A program made the position numbers and the translations under genes. A stretch of DNA of 64,000 bases from Eledone cirrhosa. Its lineage: Eukaryota. Below the pieces are notes generated by a model. The model saw nothing but the letters and a program-made list of their open reading frames with translations, did not search any database and had not been told where the DNA came from. The stretch lies in assembly GCA_964016885.1 (NCBI GenBank), contig OZ024761.1:22258001-22322000 (forward strand). The letters are read 5' to 3'. Shown piece after piece: positions 59,850 through 64,000 of the stretch; position 1 is the first letter of the stretch, and the number at the start of each line of letters is the position of its first letter.

Positions 59850-60175
59850 GAGGCACATGGCTTAGTGGTTAGACCATTGGCCTTGCAATCGAAAGGTTGT
59901 GAGTTCAATTCTCAGACCGGGTGATGTGTTGTGTCCTTGAGCAAGACACTTTATTTCACATTGCTCCAGTTTACTCAGCTGTCGAAATGAGATGACAGGG
60001 ACTGGGGTCCCTATCATTCCACTGTAAAGTGGACGTGGAGGTGCCACGGAAAAAAGCAGCCAGCACTCACTGTAAATGAGGTTGGTGTTAGGAAGGGCAT
60101 CCAGCTGTAGACATCAAGCCAGAATCAGTTCCCGTCCCACCCTTGCAAGCAGGGAAAAGTGGACGTAAAATGAAA
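59850..60175 (+). mobile_element. Full-length tRNA-headed SINE
   Basis: A box TGGCTTAGTGG and B box GAGTTCAATTC; same family as 3530-3860. Confidence 0.85.
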
Positions 60176-60222
<47 letters not shown>

Positions 60223-61264
60223 TGTAAGTCTTTAAAGTTTACACAAACATTCATAAAATGTATTCCTAGGTCTCCGATGTAGTAAGTGTTTCTGGCTATT
60301 CACTGCGACAATGTCTTTGCTGTTTTATATCTGGAGGGCACAGCTGAGCTGTACCACCTGGCCCAGAGATTCTCAAAGTGGACGCTACCGTCACCCAGGA
60401 GGGTGGTGTGGGCGGTAGAGATGATATAATAGTATATTGAACTATTTTCTCTGTGCCCGTATGAGCAAGCCATGCTCACCCGACCTGTCATTGCCCACAA
60501 CAGGACAACCCGTCTAACCCATGCTAGCGTGGAAGAAAGGACGTAAAACGGTGATGATGATGACTAAATATCAAATGATACATATTATATATAAATATAG
60601 TAAAATATAAAATATATAATATTTATTTATACATAGTATATATTATATTATTTATTATATATAAATTAATGATTTTATTTATTATATCTTATTTACAACT
60701 TGCCTCTAGGCAGGTCTCTCTAGAAATAGGGGTGGGGGCGCTGAGGGTATTACATGGCCATGAGGTGGGTGTTGAGGGTATCACCTGGCTCTGAGGGGGC
60801 GCAGTGGCTCCAAAAGTTTGAGAACCTCTGACCTAGACTAAAGTGTAGAATGGGTCCCGCTCTCAGCCCCTTTGTCTAATTTTATTGTTAACATATAATT
60901 TTAGGTAAAGTTTTTTTTCCATCTTAGTAAAAAACAATTTAATAGAAAAAGATAGGAAAAATAATTTAGATTGAAAAAAAAGAATGGAATGTAAAGTAAA
61001 AACAATATTTAAAAAAAAAAACGGAAAGGAAGGGAAATGCAAGGGCTTTAGTGGCACAGAATAATGAGGAGGAGGGTGATTGGACTCTGGGCCTAAGGCA
61101 CGGCGGTAATAGGGCTGCGCGGCGCGGACAAGACCGCAGAAGCATTCAGGCAGACTGTGACCTGCAAAATCCTTATTGAAATCTAATTGTCTAAAATGTT
61201 ACAGGGGAGATAACTTGTGTGAAATAAAATAGTGTACGGTTTGTCATTGGTAGTTTGTTGTTTT

Positions 61265-61745
61265 ATATAATTTGGTACCCGGCGTTGCACGGGATAAGGT
61301 ATTTTGGAACGCGGGCCGCCAACAGATCTAATCGTGGAAAAACTGCAAGCCTGGACAATATGTAAAGAAAATAAACCGAATACTCTGATGGCTGGATAAT
61401 CTTTAAAATTTTCCTTGATGAAGCAGGAAAAATGCAGGTTTTCACCTCATGCGGGCCCTAGGGGATCAGGAAATTGAATTTATTTTATGTGCATAATATG
61501 CCTTGAAATTTCTGGAATATCGGCAACACGTAACGCCTCAAAAAAGCCCTAAAATGTTGAAAAAATTAAGTTTTTCACCTAATGCAGGCCCTAGGTCATA
61601 AAAGAGTTGGATTTTCTTTGCTCACAGTATGAAGAAGAGACTGACTAATACATAGTTACAATTTCAAGGAAATCGGTCTGACATAACGCCTCAAAAAACC
61701 CCTAAAAAGCTGAAAAAACGCAGTTTTTCACCTAATGTGGGCTCT
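61265..61745 (+). mobile_element. Helitron/Helentron-like non-autonomous fragment
   Basis: Begins tacccggcgttgcacggg, a subterminal hairpin typical of such elements, with an internal ttttcacct(a/c)atgcgggccc repeat x3. Confidence 0.45.
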
Positions 61746-62199
61746 GACTCTTTTCGTATTACCCACTCAAAGTATTGAGTACTCTGGTGCGTTATGGTCC
61801 ACCTGGTTCCTTACTACACTTCCTTTGTTATATATATATATAATAATGAAATCATTGTGTACACTGCTCAGGTGCACTACAACTCATCAAAGGTGCAGTG
61901 TCACCTCCATCTTCTGGGGGGTAAAATATCGTGTCAGCCCCTGACGAGGTATTTTAGCCATTAATCAAACTAAGAATATATATATGCGTGTGTGCGTATA
62001 TATATATATATTTAATATAGAAAAGGCTTCTACAGGACTAGAACTGTTTCATTTGGGAGAAATCATCAGTTCTAGTCCTGTAGATGCCTTTTCTATATTA
62101 AATATTTATACTCTGCTTTGTATTGAGTACCTTACTAACTGTGGTTACCCCCGATTGAACCTGGGATAAACTTATATATATATATCATCATCATCATCA

Positions 62200-62620
62200 T
62201 TTTATGTCTGCTTTTCCCTGCTTGCAAGGTTGGGACGGGTCCTATTCAGCATCTCTCCACTTGTCACGGTCCTTCGTCATCTCTTCCATGAGCTTCAGCG
62301 ATCTGAGGTCTGCTCTCACCACCTCCGCCCATGTTTTTTGTGATCTTCCTTTACTACGTCTTCCTTCAACTGGCATTTCTTGGCACTTCTTCACCCATCG
62401 GTCATCCTCCATCGTTTTTACGTCCACTTTTCCATGTTTGAATGGGTTGGACCGGTCCTACTTAGCACAGCATCTCTCCACTTGTCACATTCCTTTGTCA
62501 TCTCCTCTGCCCATCTTAACAATTTGAGGTTAGCTCTCAAAACCTCTGCCCAATTCTTTCTTCGATGTCCTCTATTTCGGCTTCCTTCCACTGGGATTTC
62601 CTGGCATTTCTCTGGGACAA
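62200..62620 (-). mobile_element. Two RTE LINE 3' remnants
   Basis: ORF 62242-62427 DDRWVKKCQEMPVEGRRSKGRSQKTWAEVVRADLRSL...DRDKWR is an RTE C-terminus. A second diverged copy lies at 62465-62610. Confidence 0.75.
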
Positions 62621-62629
62621 AGTCTTCTC

Positions 62630-63225
62630 CGTCATGTCTACCAGGACCATGAGGTGGAGTGACTATTCTAGTGTGACTCCCTCTCCATCATGTCTACCAG
62701 GACCACGAGGTGGAGTGACTATTCTAGTGTGACTCCCTCTCCATCATGTCTACCAGGACCACGAGGTGGAGTGACTATTCTAGTGTGACTCCCTCTCCAT
62801 CATGTCTACCATGACCACCAGGTGGAGTGACTGTTCCAACACATCTCCCCCACTGCCATCCTCTGTGACAATGTCTTCTACCTCATGTCTACCATGACCA
62901 CCAGGTGGAGTGACTGTTCCAACACCTCTCCCCCACTGCCATCTTCTGTGACAATGTCTTCTCCATATCTACCATGACCACCAGATGGAGTGACTGTTCC
63001 AACACATCTCCCTCACTGCCATCCTCTGTGACAATGTCTTCTCCATCATGTCTACCATGACCACCAGGTGGAGTGACTGTTCCAACACCTCTCCCCCACT
63101 GCCATCCTCTGGGACAATGTCTTCTCCATCATGTCTACCATGACCACCAGGTGGAGTGACTGTTCCAACACATCTCCCTCACTGCCATCCTCTGGGACAA
63201 TGTCTTCTCCATCATGTCTACCATA
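62630..63225. repeat. Compound minisatellite (56-bp units, then ~78-bp units)
   Basis: Shared core catgtctacca(g/t)gacca..aggtggagtgact. Confidence 0.9.
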
Positions 63226-63365
63226 GATTAGAATATTTTAGAATAATCTACTTAACTCAATCTACTTATTTCCAATGCCAGACCTAGCAACCATTCTAAC
63301 GTCTATTTCACTAGAAGATAATGGAATGGTTAAATATGTTTATCTCTTCTTATTCTTTCTTGCAG

Positions 63366-63435
63366 ACAAGAGTTGCCAAAACCCACTGTGGCACTTGACT
63401 ATGTGTTCTCTCATGTTGGAACCACAAATAAAATG
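63366..63435 (+). CDS. DYNC2LI1: DYNC2LI1 coding exon 5 (gene continues beyond the window)
   Basis: Acceptor ttctttcttgcag|A. Encodes QELPKPTVALDYVFSHVGTTNKM (cf. DEPPKPTLALEY). Donor ATG|GTAAG. Confidence 0.9.
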
Positions 63436-64000
63436 GTAAGTAGTTCTTTACATTTTGTTTGTCATCATCGCTATTAACCTCTTGCAGTTGGCCATGTTGT
63501 TAATATGTTGTACAATGTGATAGAGAGGGAGAGAGAGACAGACAGATAGATAGAGAGAGAGATAGAGAAAGGGAGATAGAGAGAGAAGGAGATAGAGAGA
63601 GAGAGAGACAGACAGACAGTGAGATAGAGAGAGGAGAAAGGGAGAGAGAGACAGACAGAGATAGAGAAAGGGAGAGAGAGAGAGAGAGAGAGAGGGAGAG
63701 ACAGACAGATAGAGAGATAGAGAGAGAGAGAGACAGACAAATAGAGAGAGAGAGAGACATAAAGAGATAGAGAGAGGCAAGCAGACAACAGCAACTCTAC
63801 CATGTCTCACCTGGGACTAAACAACAACAACAACACCAGGTTTCATACACCCATGATCCAAAGCAACAACATCCCAGACCTCACTTACTGAACGAGGTGG
63901 GAACTCTTAAGATCAGACCAAGGAAACATTGTTTCCATTGGTCTTTCCAATTGCTAGAACTACCAGCTACAATAACAACAAGATTAAATGCTAGAACAGT

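Noticed and set aside
59850-59930. tRNA gene
   Set aside because: A and B boxes are present but there is no acceptor stem; it is a SINE head that continues into the SINE body.

Overview
Repeat-saturated, AT-rich animal genomic DNA; the SINE families, RTE/Tx1 remnants and very high microsatellite load suggest an Octopus-like cephalopod (inference). Three spliced genes can be rebuilt by hand. (1) The CH-domain exon of a GAS2-like/pickled-eggs gene (minus, 10741-11373). (2) A complete 9-coding-exon MAPK7/ERK5 gene (minus, 35890-47171, about 1235 aa) whose activation loop reads T-H-Y instead of T-E-Y. (3) The first five small exons of DYNC2LI1 (plus, 56048-63435), essentially invisible in the ORF track. 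The most unusual structure is a 4.2-kb inverted duplication (30215-34390). It has near-identical outer arms of about 830 bp and older diverged inner arms. Each arm carries a GC-rich, highly structured candidate ncRNA of about 150 nt (TATA, A-box, B-box, cUUCGg hairpin, T5) plus a pre-miRNA-like hairpin. Also present are Penelope-type hammerhead ribozyme motifs (one as a fold-back pair), a solo-LTR-like element, MITEs, and minisatellites, some visibly derived from TE interiors. Most ORFs in the track are microsatellite artefacts.
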